A stretch of 64,000 bases of DNA from the NCBI GenBank assembly GCA_010909165.1, contig MU008171.1, forward strand, positions 868,001 through 932,000, given 5' to 3'. The notes under the pieces are model-generated. The model worked only from the letters and a program-made list of their open reading frames with translations. It was not told where the DNA came from and did not search any database. Positions 48,601 through 60,955 of the stretch are shown here, piece after piece (within the stretch, counting starts at the first letter, position 1; the number at the start of each line of letters is the position of its first letter). The translations under genes and the position numbers were made by a program. The DNA comes from Anthoceros angustus (Eukaryota > Plantae > Anthocerotophyta).

Positions 48601-49260
48601 GTAAAGCCCAAAGTGCTTATCCTTGAGCAGGACAGTGTCAGGCGATATGGATGCTGCTTGGGAGAAGCGATGGTTGGGGAATTGAACGGGTGGTTTGTGT
48701 TACGACATGGGAAAGCAGGCGTTCGCAGGCCTGGAGGAGATTATGAAGATTTCTGTTGCCCAGACTTCAAGCTTGAGCTCATTCCTGGTTTCCTGGTTAC
48801 AAGTAGTAACCTCTTCCCAGCCCACATATGTGATAGTGCACAGCAGGAGACTCAGGAACAAGCTCAGGCTGCTGGAATGGAAATTTTTTTTTTTTTTTTG
48901 GGGGTTTTGGGGGTTTAAGAGAGCTTGTTGCAACAATTCTAGGCGGAGACGTAGAAGGCGAGGAAGCACTCTAACCGAACTTGGAAAGTTTGCAGTGGCC
49001 GGACATCAAAGTGAGAAGCACAAGATTCGATAGGCTTCACATGGAAAGAACTTGTAAGATTATTGGACAGGCTGAGAAACGTGTCAACATTCGACAGGCT
49101 TCTCATGGAAAGCACTTGTAAGATCATCGGACAGGCTGAGAAACACTTGATCCAGGCCTAGGATTTGAAGCACTGAATGAGGTTACGTAGTAGAATTCTC
49201 ACTTGACAATGTAGGACGAAGGCAACATGCACATGATGTATTGGCAGCACATCTCATCAT

Positions 49261-50168
49261 CTAATGCAACTTGTTGGTACGAACCCACTTGGTGCTGAAC
49301 TTCCATTCGAACAGCCTGTAGGTTCCCTGGTCGGTGACAGGCACCCTCGACGAGAATCCAACATACGACTTGTCATTCACGTAATCGGAAAGCTTCAAGC
49401 CCGAGTACTGGAGGCAGAGCTTGGCCTGCTTCTTGTCGGGCTGGCCGTCCGCAGTGAGGTTCTGGAATCGCACAGCCAGGTACTCCTGTCTGGCGTCGTA
49501 GTCGATGAACACGGCGATCTTGGTGTCGATGAAGGAGGCTTCGTCCCACAGGAACTGGTCGACCACGGAATCCACGCTGTTGATGTCTAGGCCCACATGC
49601 GGGATGGCGGGATCCCAGTCGTAGGCCCGGGACGTGTCGATCTCCACAGCCACGGTCTTGGTCTTATCTCCGCGGAGCGACTTGCCGGTCGCGGTGTCGA
49701 TCTCGAACAGGCCCAGGCTCTCGGATCCGCTGGCGCCCACGTTCTGGTCGGGCGTGATGGCGAATGCCCAGCCCCGCCGAAGAGGCGCTTCACGCTCCGC
49801 TCGCTGTCGCGGTCGAAGTCGATGACGAACTCCGAGGAGAAGGAGGCCGCGTACTGGCTCTTCTTCTGGTACAGCTGCACCTTCTTGTTGTAGGCGTATC
49901 GCACCGAGGCCACGTCGTTGTCGTAGGAAGACGATCTGGCCGGCCGGGTCGGACGGCGTGCAGATGGCTGTCGCGGGCGAGTCGATGGAGCCGCCGTAGC
50001 TGCAGTTGAGCGCTGAGGTGAATGGCGGGTAGAGAGGCTCACTCCCTTGGGCAGGTGCGCATCCTGACCAGCTCCAAGCCTCGTGGCTGCCGCTGGTACT
50101 GGGAAGCTACTGCTCGCCAGAACAAGCAGCGCCAGCAGGAGCAGCTGCGTCGCCCGAGCTACTGCCAT
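49261..50168 (-). CDS. Secreted legume (L-type) lectin, no TM or kinase domain; frameshifted here
   Basis: Signal MAVARATQLLLLALLVLA. ASFSSEFVI, VAVEIDT, PHVGLDINSVDS, YVGFSS and FEWKF match legume-lectin motifs. Confidence 0.88.
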
Positions 50169-51790
50169 GGTTCGTTCAATTCGGAACCCAGAATCGGAAA
50201 TCGAAATCGGACGGCGGATGTGGTGGCACTGCGTGGAGGGCAGAGGAAGCAATGAGCAGAAGATGAGGTGAGGTTGTGCCCTGTTGTTGGCTCATATAAA
50301 GGGGTGGAATGCGGCGAGGGCAGGAGCCAGGGAAGGTTCATTCTGCTTGGAACCACACCTGTCCGCGGGTCGTCGTCGTTTGCAGCTGTACAAGTAGCAA
50401 CAACAGAGAAGGTTCATCCGCATACCTGCTCTCATCAGTCCTACAGGTGGATTTCCGACCACCTGCCACAGGACTTTCAAATGAGCAGGACTCTTTTGCA
50501 TTTGGTGGTGACTGTTTGATTATTGGTGTGGGTAGTCTGAAATTTCTGCCAGACGTCCTGCCAGAGCACCTAGTGACTAGTTAGTTAGTTGGATATATAT
50601 TGGTGGTATGTCACATTGGCAGGCCTGTCGCAATTCTTTCCGCAAATCCTTGCTTCACACTTGTCCACGACTACGTGCCAAGTTAATCGAATATAAAATC
50701 AAGTAAACCAGTTATATAATTTAGTGTGAATAGTTTCAAGATCTCAACGATTCTTGAGGTTTTAAGTTAAATTAGCACTCTAAGATTAAGCTTACATTTG
50801 GCTTAAAAGTTTTTCAAGTATTCACGAGTTATGTCATTATTGATGGTTGAGGGTCTTTTGAGGTATTTATGGGCTATAACTGGTTCTGGTTCTGCAACCT
50901 CTAGGTTGAGGTGAGACATGATCAAGAGTCTCATCATCTCAATTGACATTCATGCCATGCAGTTCATGGACCTTCGGGACAATGGGCTAGATACTAGTTT
51001 GCCAACGTGAAAAGAGCTAAACACAAGAATATTGTGTTAGAGGGTTATATCATTTATTAGATATGGAAAATCCAAGTGCACAAAGCTCTTTATGCTTTTA
51101 CTACCAAGTTATCTATTTCACCTCCACATCCCACTCATATCTTAGTTCTAGATGTTGTTATTTGGCATGATTGTCATGCATGTCTTGTGTGGAGTATGCG
51201 AATGCCTATGTGTAGTGTATAGTAGCATGACTTGGTTTTTAATGTCTTAAATTATATTATACTATATATATATATTCATAAATATATTAATTTATCAATT
51301 ATAATATATTCAAAAATATATCATAAATCTATTTAATGAATTTGAATAATTAATACATTTAATAAAACTAACTATAATTACCTGCATTTTGCGGAGTCTG
51401 GAGAAATGGAGAGGATGTGTCCTAATTCGGATTATGCTTGGCCCTGCTCTGAAAGTACTAAAAGTTTGGGAAGCTTTCCTAGGGCTGCTCATTCTGGGAA
51501 TACTCCTTCTATGAGGCAGACTACCACTCAGTTGAGCTAATTGTCCCTTGAGTGCCATTCTCAAAGACGTGACAAATAAACTGCGTCGGCATTTTGCCTG
51601 TCCATGCACATTTCACGATGGCTGCGTGCTTGCATATTCCCTCATTCAAAATCATGCTAGGCAGTAGCTGTTACTGTGGGATGCATCAGAGAAGACTCCT
51701 GAAAACAAGGGCGTGGTGAGCCTGAAAGGATGCAGCTTCTAGTATTCATCGTAGGTGCACTGTACAGTTGAAAAGGCCGGCAGAAGTTGC

Positions 51791-52815
51791 TCAGAAATCG
51801 ATTGTGATGTCCTGGCCGGGAACGCAGCCTGACTTTGTGGACGTCTGCAGAACTGGAGCATGGTAGTCGTACAGTGTCTTGCTGATTTTGCGCAGAGTCT
51901 TGCGTGGCTGGTTCAGGGCAACAGCCAAACTGCGGAAGGCAGCTGAAACAGAGCTTGAGCTGCAATCTGCACAAAACGGGTTGTAATGGATGAGCATGGC
52001 AGCGGTCAGACATGGTATTCATCACAGCAAACTGTTTAGACTAACAGTACTAGAACGGCAGAGATATGAGCTGTGTGTCTCTCATCAGAGAGGCTTACCA
52101 AAGAGCCAGGGTTCTCGCTGTTGAGTGAAGAAATGAACTCAGCATCCTCGGCTCCACATTGAGCTCAAAATGCAGCAATCCACGAGGGAAGACGGTCACG
52201 TCGCCCGGTCTGAGGATGTTGATGTGCGCGGTTCCTGCCACACATTCATCCACCATCATTATGACGAGCAGGTGGAATTGGTGCGCACCAAAATTCATGA
52301 ACAAACGCTGTCACCAAGGCTTGCAAGATTCAGGTGCCTACCATTGGTGTCGACAAATCCAACTTGGAGCGGCCCGCCCGACAACATGGTGAGAACCTCC
52401 GTTGCCCTCAGGTGCGTGTGCGGCAAGTTCTCACCGCACGGGAACAGCTTGAATCTCACCACCGTGATTCCTGTGACCTGCACCGCCACACACATTCAAC
52501 AATGCAGTTTCAGTGCCAGGCTTGGCTGCTGCTGCAAATTTAAAGCTCAACACTTGCAAACAGACGCGGTTCATGAGTTGCAAGCGGCGCATTGCTGCAA
52601 ACGTACTTGAGGGCAGGAACTTGGCGACGGGGAGGTCAGCGCGGATGCCACCCGGTCCCTGCACGCCGTTGTTTTGAACACGTCCCGGAAAACGAATTCC
52701 TCCACCCCAGCTTCGAAGTCGGTGAGAGGGTCGGGATCGCGCGCACGCCAGGAACAATGGCGAGGCTGTAGAGCAAACAACCCAGAAGGAAGAGCGCGGC
52801 ACCCCGGGACGCCAT
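51791..52815 (-). pseudogene. Germin-like gene, near-copy of 44377-45416, with frameshifts (pseudogene or sequencing error)
   Basis: Same 4-exon layout. GENLPHTHLRATE and PRGLLHFELNV. The upstream region 52820-53420 also matches 45420-46020. Confidence 0.85.
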
Positions 52816-53423
52816 GCCCTCGCTTGTCTGTCTCGTCACTCTACACTCGTACTGTCTTCGGCCTTGTCTTCTGCTAGGACTGTCTTCCGCGATGGTGCTG
52901 TGCATCTGCCACTGGAGTCACTGCTGTTGTGGATGAGATGGAGCGAATTGCAAGTCGGGAAGGACTGCCGATGGACGATGGATGACATGAAGCTCCTCGC
53001 CTTCCATTTTATGCGTAGCTGCAGCCGCAATCGCCGCTGCTGCCTGCCACGGCCATTCCGTTGCCGTCGTTGACGACTGACTTGGGCTGCCCCGTACACG
53101 CGGTTTCGCTTTTCCTTGACTCCGGTTGCAGTTCGAACTCGGCGTTGTAGCGCATCCCAGTTTCAAAACGGAACGTGCTTCCAGCTTCCATCTTAATTTT
53201 TGAGTCCTCGGCCAGTGATCGCTGCTGCTATGACCGCCTTGTTGCTTCGCGGAACCTCTCAACAGCAACACAGTAGTAGGACGCAGTGTGTCGATTGCAG
53301 GTTATGCCCATCATCATGGGAAGCTTAAGAAAATAATGTCATTACTCATCACAGGCTCACAGCTGACGTCTGGATGAAGGATTCAGACATTCGTGAGAAG
53401 GACGCACCTTTGTAGGCATATAC

Positions 53424-53612
53424 TGTTAAAATAGCCATGTCTAGTATGCTTACATTAGGGCACGCTTCAGTTCGTGAAGCGAAACGCTGCTTCAGGCTCC
53501 GAGACCGTTACCACCTCGTACCGCTTCGTCCCAGCATAAGAACCCTGTCTGTACATTCCATGAGCGTAATGCAATTCTGAACGATCCATGAATTATCTCA
53601 TGGTATCAGAGC
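53424..53612 (+). mobile_element. LTR (53424-53600) with tRNA-Met PBS; start of an unclassified LTR element
   Basis: TG...CA followed by tggtatcagagc (53601-53612). Interrupts homology to the germin upstream region exactly at 53424. Confidence 0.7.
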
Positions 53613-56600
53613 AGGACAATTCTCATGCCTAATCTGCGGCGCAGGCAACGCCTTCAGAGGCGCGCCGCCAGACAAGCTCATATGCTTCAATTGCAGAGAC
53701 AGCACCGAGAAAACTCCTACCTAAAAGAAGCACAGGAAATCTATGGCATTATGCCTGGATTAGAACTACCTCAATCCTCCTACTCATAGGAGGAGATTCT
53801 ACTTCGTGGGTGCTGCGACCCACGCGATTATGACTGGGCGTATGTGCATTGTTCCTTTCTCTACACATAACGTAAAGTCGCGGCCTCGTCTGGGGCCTCG
53901 ACGCGCCCAGTTGGTTTTTTTTCGGGGCCAAAAGGGTAAAACGAAGAGAGAGAATTTTTCAATTGGTAAAATTTTTTACTGAATAAGGTGGAAATTGTAA
54001 CAATAGAGTAGAAAGCATAGACTGATGGATGGAAACATTTTACCATCCAAGTCAAAACTAGAACAGGAGGGTAAAGAATGGATCAACCAAGTGAATATAG
54101 AGTAAGAAACGTAGACTGATGAATGGAAACATTTTACCATCCAAATCAAAACTAGAACAACAGGGTAAAGAATGATCAGCCAAGTGAATAGCAAGTGCAG
54201 CCTGAAATACCATGGTAGATTGTAATCTGTGAGGCCTAGTAATTCCAACACAATCGCTAACTGGCAAGAAAACATCTTCGTTATACCATTCATGCGGATC
54301 CGGGATATACAAAAACCAACAAAGAAATATCATCTTTGCAAAGTTTCATATCCGTAATTGCATGAATTCAAAATAACAGAAAATAGAGAAAATACCAGAA
54401 TAGTTGATCCTCCTTATTCGAAATTACAAATCTACATATACAAAGTAAATTAGGCTTGTAACCAATTAGACTGATTCGGGAATAGACGCAAAGAAAAAGT
54501 TCATTAGAAAAGATTCCCACCTTATTTTGGAAAATTGACTATAATTGTAGAGATTGAAGACATAGTTTCCAAGACCACTTGGTTTAACTGGGCAACTTGT
54601 CCAACATTATCATAGTTGCCGGTTGATGAACTGGGGCTTTGGAGAAATTCTTCATCTTCACGAAAGTTGAGAACCTAATCAAACATTACCGTCTTAGTCT
54701 ACTAAAGTAAAATTAGCGATCAAAATCAAGGGAACAATTAAATCAACTTACGACTTATATGGTTTTCCATGGATGGAAGTGGGCGCTGGAGTACTGTAAC
54801 ATTGTCAATAGTTTGCTTCACGCCTTTCCCACGCAATCTTCGCATTTCTGTTGCTCCTTCTGCTTTGTTTGAGTTTTTCCTGTTTGAAATACTCTTGCCT
54901 CCTTTCGACATTTTTCTCCTTTGGATCTCCAAAGCTTTCTCTCTTGCTTGGAAACTCGGTTATGCACCTTGCGCCTCTGCTCAATCAATGATTCTAAATC
55001 ATTTGCCGTTGAAATTCCCTTTTTAGATTCTCCCTCATTCTCCCTTTCTCGGGTAATCTCAAAGACGCTCAAACCCGCTTGAACCACCCTTCTCAACCCC
55101 ATCTTTGCTCTACCATATCCAAAGCTATAGGCGTGTCTCCACAATCCTTCCTGTTGCACTTCCAGGTTCAAGTCTCACCACAATGACTTGGCACACAGGC
55201 CTCCAATCGAGGAGGCATCACCTCCACCACACTCGGGGCACCATCAATGTTGAAATGAGGAACCAAATGCTCAAACTAGTGGTGGGGCTAATACTCGCCA
55301 AAGAAACATAGAATCGAGACAAACACAATAAGAGAATGAAGGATGAAACTTAAACCACCTTTACACTTAACCTTTTCAACATGTCGATGTTGAATACACC
55401 CGATAGTTGGTCTCGTTGTCAATCAAGATCTTTAACACTACTTTGCACTTGACACTTCAAAGCTTCCAAAGCGCTACGGAGGGAAGCTTCGTTCCGTTCG
55501 ATCATTAATGTTAGGCACGTTTCGATGCGTCGTAGAAGAATGTTTTAGTTGCCGGGACGGTTCCGTTCGTTACCTTTCACACTTAACGGATGCGTTACAG
55601 CATCGAGACACTATAATCTGACGTTCGGACTTAATCAATCACTCATCGCTCACCTATCGCATCTTGCACCCGCTTTATGGTATCGAGCCGAAGGCCAAGC
55701 GCCGTTGCATCGCCACGCCGCTACGCTGGTGTCACAGCTTCCCAATGGCTGCCGGAAGAACGCAACAATCGCAAGAAGATCCTAAAACTGCAAGATGCCT
55801 AGAAAGCGTACCGCTTCTTCCTCTCCAGGTAGAGCGCCTCCCGTGCGGATCATTTGCGGGGCGCATCAAAGAGATGAGACGCACCTTCAACATTAGGCCG
55901 CTCACGCATCGCCACGCCCATCGAACCGACCACACGGGACTTCACTCTTCCACCACGCTCTCCCGGCGATGTTTTGCTAACCGCATGTCTGCAGAAGGCG
56001 CTTCAGATTCCACCAAGCCAACTCGTTCTCTACTAGTCATCACCCATCAAGATCTCAAGAACAAATCACGAATTGAACTCACAAATCGAGTCACTTCACT
56101 TGCATTAGAGAAAATTTATCTCGGATTAGATACTAGTGCGATAGCTCACCTCATGCGTAGCAGCTATATATGCTCGCCTTTGATCCCTTAACAACCACAA
56201 AGAAATACTAAGAAGCAAACAATCATGGGAACATGTGAACACCAAACACGATAATTTTTGAAGGGGATATCTTTGACCCCCTTGAACAACACCTTGTCAC
56301 GAAGAACACCTTTCCTAGACGACATATGTGCCCTACTTTGATAATGCACACACCCTTTCTGAGGTCATACCTTTGATAAAAGACGCACTTTCAAGTCTAC
56401 ACCCGAGAACTGGAGCACAGTAGGGTGTGGGCCCGTCTGCGTTTTTGTAGAATGCATAGAGGGCTGCCATTTTCATATGTTTATTACAACCGAAAACTTT
56501 TACTTTCAAGTGGTGGAACACAATGAAAACAATCCTGTACTAGCGGGAGTCTTATTTCAATGGTCGTGAGAACATTGCAACAAACAACTGCTAAAGGAAG

Positions 56601-57099
56601 AAGTGGTCATCAGCATCGACAATAGTCATTCAAGAGTGCGGCCCGACGACTCATCCATGCCTTTGCGCGGCGGAGTCAAGTACCACCGCCATATTCGAGG
56701 CGGTCCATATCCTCCGCCTCGAAGTTGTCGTTCTCCTCCATTGCTTGCTCGTCTTCAATAGTACCATTCTTGGGCCCGGTCCGGCGGTGTCGGCGCCACA
56801 TCTAGCATCTGTGACCCTCATCCAAAAGGTCGCGTCGTGGTCTTCAACCTTCCGCACTCAATGCAACCACTTGGGCTTTAAGGCAATGCTAGCGTCCTTA
56901 AAATGAACAAAGTTAGTTGCCCATGCGCCCATGCAAGCATCCTTAAAATCAACAAAATTGAGTTGTTAGGAAGATACGGGTTTTGAACACGCAACCTATT
57001 CATTACTACACTTATTTCCCAAACACTTGACCAACAATCCCAAGTTGCAACTCTCTTGAGGCGCTAAATATATATTTTCTTGAAGACAGCCTATGAGGA

Positions 57100-57452
57100 G
57101 CCCATGGGGGCGCCGGCCGGCCGGCGCCCATGGGTGGGGCAGGGTGTGCTAGGGGAGGGCGCCGGCCGCGCCCATGGGCAGGCAGGGCGTGTGGGGGCCG
57201 GCCGGCGCCCATGGTGTGCTAGGGGAGGCGCCGGCCGGTGCCCATGGGCGGTGTGCTAGGGGAGGCGCGGCCGGCGCCCATGGGCGGTGTGCTAGGGGAG
57301 GGCGCGGCGGCCGGCCCATGGGCGGTGTGCTAGGGGAGGCGCCGGCCGGCGCCATGGGCGTGTGCTAGGGGCGGCCGGCGCCATGGGCGTGTGCTAGGGG
57401 AGGCGCCGGCCGGCGCCCATGGGCAGTGTGCTAGGGGCGGCCGGCGCCCATG
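57100..57452. repeat. GC-rich palindromic tandem repeat (8 copies of a GTGTGCTAGGGG core, unit ~30-38 bp)
   Basis: Repeating ggcgcccatgggcggtgtgctaggggaggcgc(c)ggcc. Confidence 0.92.
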
Positions 57453-57770
57453 GCGAGCATCTTTGGGGGCGCCGGTCGGTGGCGCCCTCCTGCCCACCAT
57501 CCTACGGTGCATGCGGGTGAAGCTAGGGGGACAAGAAGGGCAGCGGTATCCTATCACCGATGGAAGGTGTGGCCCATTTGCGGGAAGGGTTAAAAGATTT
57601 GCGTCCATAAGTGGTATTGAAGAGTACAAGTGGTGGGAAGCCTTTTGGGTGGACGGAAGGAGATTGCTATCATTGTGGAGAATAACATTGGGCTAGTGCT
57701 ACACGTCCTTGGAAGTGGTTTTCACGTGTAGAAGTGGATCATACTGACCACTTCAAGTGCGGATGAAGCT

Positions 57771-58286
57771 TTGCTAGATGAGGCATTATTGAGGGACCTC
57801 CCACAGCGTGATATGTACTTGGGGGCATATCAAAATGCGGGAAGGCAACTGTGGGAAATGGCACGGATGAATGGGGACATAACGGAAATCCGAGAGGGGA
57901 TGTTTCTGGCAGTGCCGTGCAATACGGACACGCATACTAGGCCATTCTGGATTGGGGAGGTCATTGACGTGAAGCTAAACGCACCACGACCTCACTTTCT
58001 TATCCACTGGTATCGGACCGAGCACACAGATGCGTATGAAGGGAGATATGTGCAGGAATACATAGTCCGCCAGAGTGGTAACCCATCTGGTCCAATGCCG
58101 AGGAAAAAAGGGAATAAGGTCCATTACCTGAAAAACATACAGGAGGTATTTGTGAATGAAACATATCCCAGATTATGGGTTTGTGTTGAGCATGCGGAAA
58201 CATCTGTATGTGGACAAAAAGCGATAAGGGATAAGCTCTGCGAGTTGCGTGGCTTCATACAACTGCGAGTCAAAGTGTCAAGATAG
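57771..58286 (+). CDS. Hypothetical protein with a BAH/SH3-barrel-like segment
   Basis: IREGMFLAVP...RPFWIGEVIDV...FLIHWYRT resembles the BAH pattern G(D)xVxV...P(Y/F)IxxI...VxWY(R). Confidence 0.4.
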   Translation: MLDEALLRDLPQRDMYLGAYQNAGRQLWEMARMNGDITEIREGMFLAVPCNTDTHTRPFWIGEVIDVKLNAPRPHFLIHWYRTEHTDAYEGRYVQEYIVRQSGNPSGPMPRKKGNKVHYLKNIQEVFVNETYPRLWVCVEHAETSVCGQKAIRDKLCELRGFIQLRVKVSR

Positions 58287-59380
58287 TGATGACAATGGAG
58301 GAGAAGCTGGACCAAGTGATGACGATGGATTGAACTCGGGATGAGTGGCGAAATCTCGTTTTCGGGGTCCCGAGTTAATGTTGTAAGTCCGGTTCTTGAT
58401 GTTTACGTGTTAGGAAATACCGTCTGGCTTTTGTGGTGTCATAACAAAACCACATTTCCATCCCAAAATCGAGTTTATTCCGCCCGGCAGGAACGGCCTT
58501 CCTCACCGTTCCTACTTTGCATCATTCCCCTAGGTTCGAGTTTGCGACCACCATTCGACACAAACATTGCTGGATGGAAAGTAGTAACTTTCTTGGTGAC
58601 ACCCTTTTTTCGAGTCGCTTTTTCCGAATGCCTTCAAAACGCTGCTTTAGGGCCCATCAAAACCCCTTGAGATTATTTGGAAAACCCCTTGAGATTATTA
58701 ACCTTCAAAATTATCGTACCACAAAATCGAATCGGACCGAGACCGGTTTAACGGAATCGATTTCATGATGTGGAAGATGAGAGTCACTGCTCAAGAGCAT
58801 GACCGATGGAGATTGTCGACGGCACACTCCCGTGGACCCAACACCAACCTGTTGGAACATCCGACTTAATTGCGGCTTGGAACAAGAGAGACAAGCGCCA
58901 CGCAATCTCCTCATATCGCACTTGATAAAAGTATGCTTGACACACAGTACCAAAGATGCTCACGATCCGGAAGATATTTAACGATATGTTCCAAGCCCAA
59001 GACTCCATGTCACTAGTGAGCGCCACGAGATTGTTTTACCACTCGGGATGAAGGACACGGAGAGTGTTGAGCGACACGTCGGCAATTTCCAAGCGAAGAG
59101 CGCGACTAGCCGCCCGCACCACGATCACGGAACACCAAGCTGTAATCCGACATCCCCGCATCTTACGGGACTTTCGTCGGCTCGAATTCCATCATCGGAC
59201 AATCAGCGGTGCGGTGGAGGTGCCAAGCGGACACGTTCTCCGAAATCGTTGGAGCTTTACTTGAGGAGGAATCGAGCCGTGGCTCCAATTCAAGAAGCGG
59301 CCAAGGTAGCACCAATCACGCACTCTTCACTTCGAGGCCGAGGCGGTCGAAGGCGGAGGGCGGTAATTTTCAAACCGCCG

Positions 59381-60955
59381 CTACGACTCACATGCATGCA
59401 CCGAGGCTACAACAAAAACAATCGAATGGTCGAAAAGGACCAGCAAAGGACCACCTGGTCGGATCCGGGCCATTTGATGAATGCGAAGAAACAATCGGAG
59501 AACCTCGCCGTGACTCACCCGAAGCAGTCGAACACCGCTAATGACTCCCAAGCCCCCAGTGAATTCAATCTTAGTTTATCTGATCTTGATGTGGGGCCGA
59601 TTGTCGATGGTTCCTGGATTCGAGCAACTACTCACATTTGCGGAGCGAGGATATGTTCACATCCTATCATAATGTCCTCTTCGACCATGTCACCTTGGTG
59701 ACGACTCACTCCACATCCAAGGCACCGTGAAGTTGCATTGAGACTCTCTAATGGCGAATCCCTCATCATCAATGGAGTGCTTCACGCACTGCAATGACCA
59801 AGAACACGCTATCGGTGAGGAAATTGGCCACGAGCACGACCTCATAATTACTTTTCAAGGCAACCCGCACAATTCATGATTCAAGGATAAACATCGATCG
59901 CACTTGCACACGGCCTACCTTACAACGACACTGTCTGCTGAACATACGGTCTTCTTCATCACTTGTCGACGACTCATCATCGATTTCTCACAGCTGCTAT
60001 GGCATTGCAAGGCATATAAATCCAGCGTTATTTGGAAGCCTTTGCCAACCCCGCCTTGTACAAGGATCCGGTCAACATTAAATCCAGAAGGATTTCTTAC
60101 GTGAGATCTGCAAGTACTCCAAGTTGACCCAACTCCCTTTTAAAGATCCTTCACCAACAAGAGCTCGACGACTTACGACTCACATGCATGCACCGAGGCT
60201 ACAAAAACAATCGGAATGGTCGAAAAGGACCAGCAAAGGACCTGGCGTGCGGATCCGGGCCATTTCGATGCAATGCGGGGAAGAAACAATCGGAGAACCT
60301 GCCGTGACTCACCCGAAGCAGTCGAACGCTAATGACTCCCAAGCCCCACCACCATTCAATCTTATCTGCTTGATCTTGACCGGGGTGACGATTGTCGATG
60401 GTTCCTGGATTCGAGCAACTACTCACATTTGCGGAGGCGGATATGTTCACATCCTATCATAATGTCCTCTTGACCGGCATGTCACCTTGGTGACGACTCA
60501 CTCCCTGTCAAGGCACCGTGAAGTTGCATTGAGACTCTCTAATGGCGAATCCCTCATCATCAATGGAGTGCTTCACGCACTGCAATGACCAAGAACACCT
60601 GCTATCGGTGAAATTGGCCACGAGCACGACCTCATAATTACTTTTCAAGGCAACCCGCACAATTCATGATTCAAGGATAAACATCGCACTTGCACACGGC
60701 CTACCTTACAACGACATTCTGCTGAACATACGGTCTTCTTCATCACTTGTCGCCGACTCATCATCATCTCACGGCCACTGCTATGGCATTGCAGGCAGCC
60801 ATATAAATCCAGCGTTATTTGGAAGCCTTTGCCAACCCCGCCTTGTACAAGGATCCAGTCAACATTAAATCCGGTAAGGATTTCTTCGTGAGATCTGCAA
60901 GTACTCCAAGTTGACCCAACTCCCTTTTAAAGATCCTTCACCAACAAGAGCTCGG
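59381..60955 (+). repeat. Tandem duplication, unit ~0.79 kb (copia gag knuckle/protease/GAG-pre-integrase region)
   Basis: acgactcacatgcatgcaccgaggctac at ~59383 and ~60175. gtgagatctgcaagtactccaagttgacc at ~60101 and ~60888. Confidence 0.88.

Larger units (their letters stand above)
56045..58720. mobile_element. ~2.7 kb insertion splitting the copia gag; possibly DNA-transposon derived
   Basis: gag N-terminus (VIT..) stops at ~56045 and resumes (TKIE..DRFNG) at ~58720. Short inverted motifs atctcaag / cttgagat lie near the ends. Confidence 0.45.

Noticed and set aside
50600-51650. AT-rich stretch as a foreign island or gene (ORF 51310-51609)
   Set aside because: Looks like ordinary intergenic DNA with (TA)n, and the ORF has no features.
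53620-55450. Internal region of the LTR element starting at 53424
   Set aside because: No gag/pol motifs and no partner LTR were found; only short tandem repeats (~53960-54200), so it was left unclassified.
57012-57696. Gly/Ala/Pro-rich ORFs over the GC repeat
   Set aside because: They are by-products of a stop-poor GC minisatellite, open on both strands.
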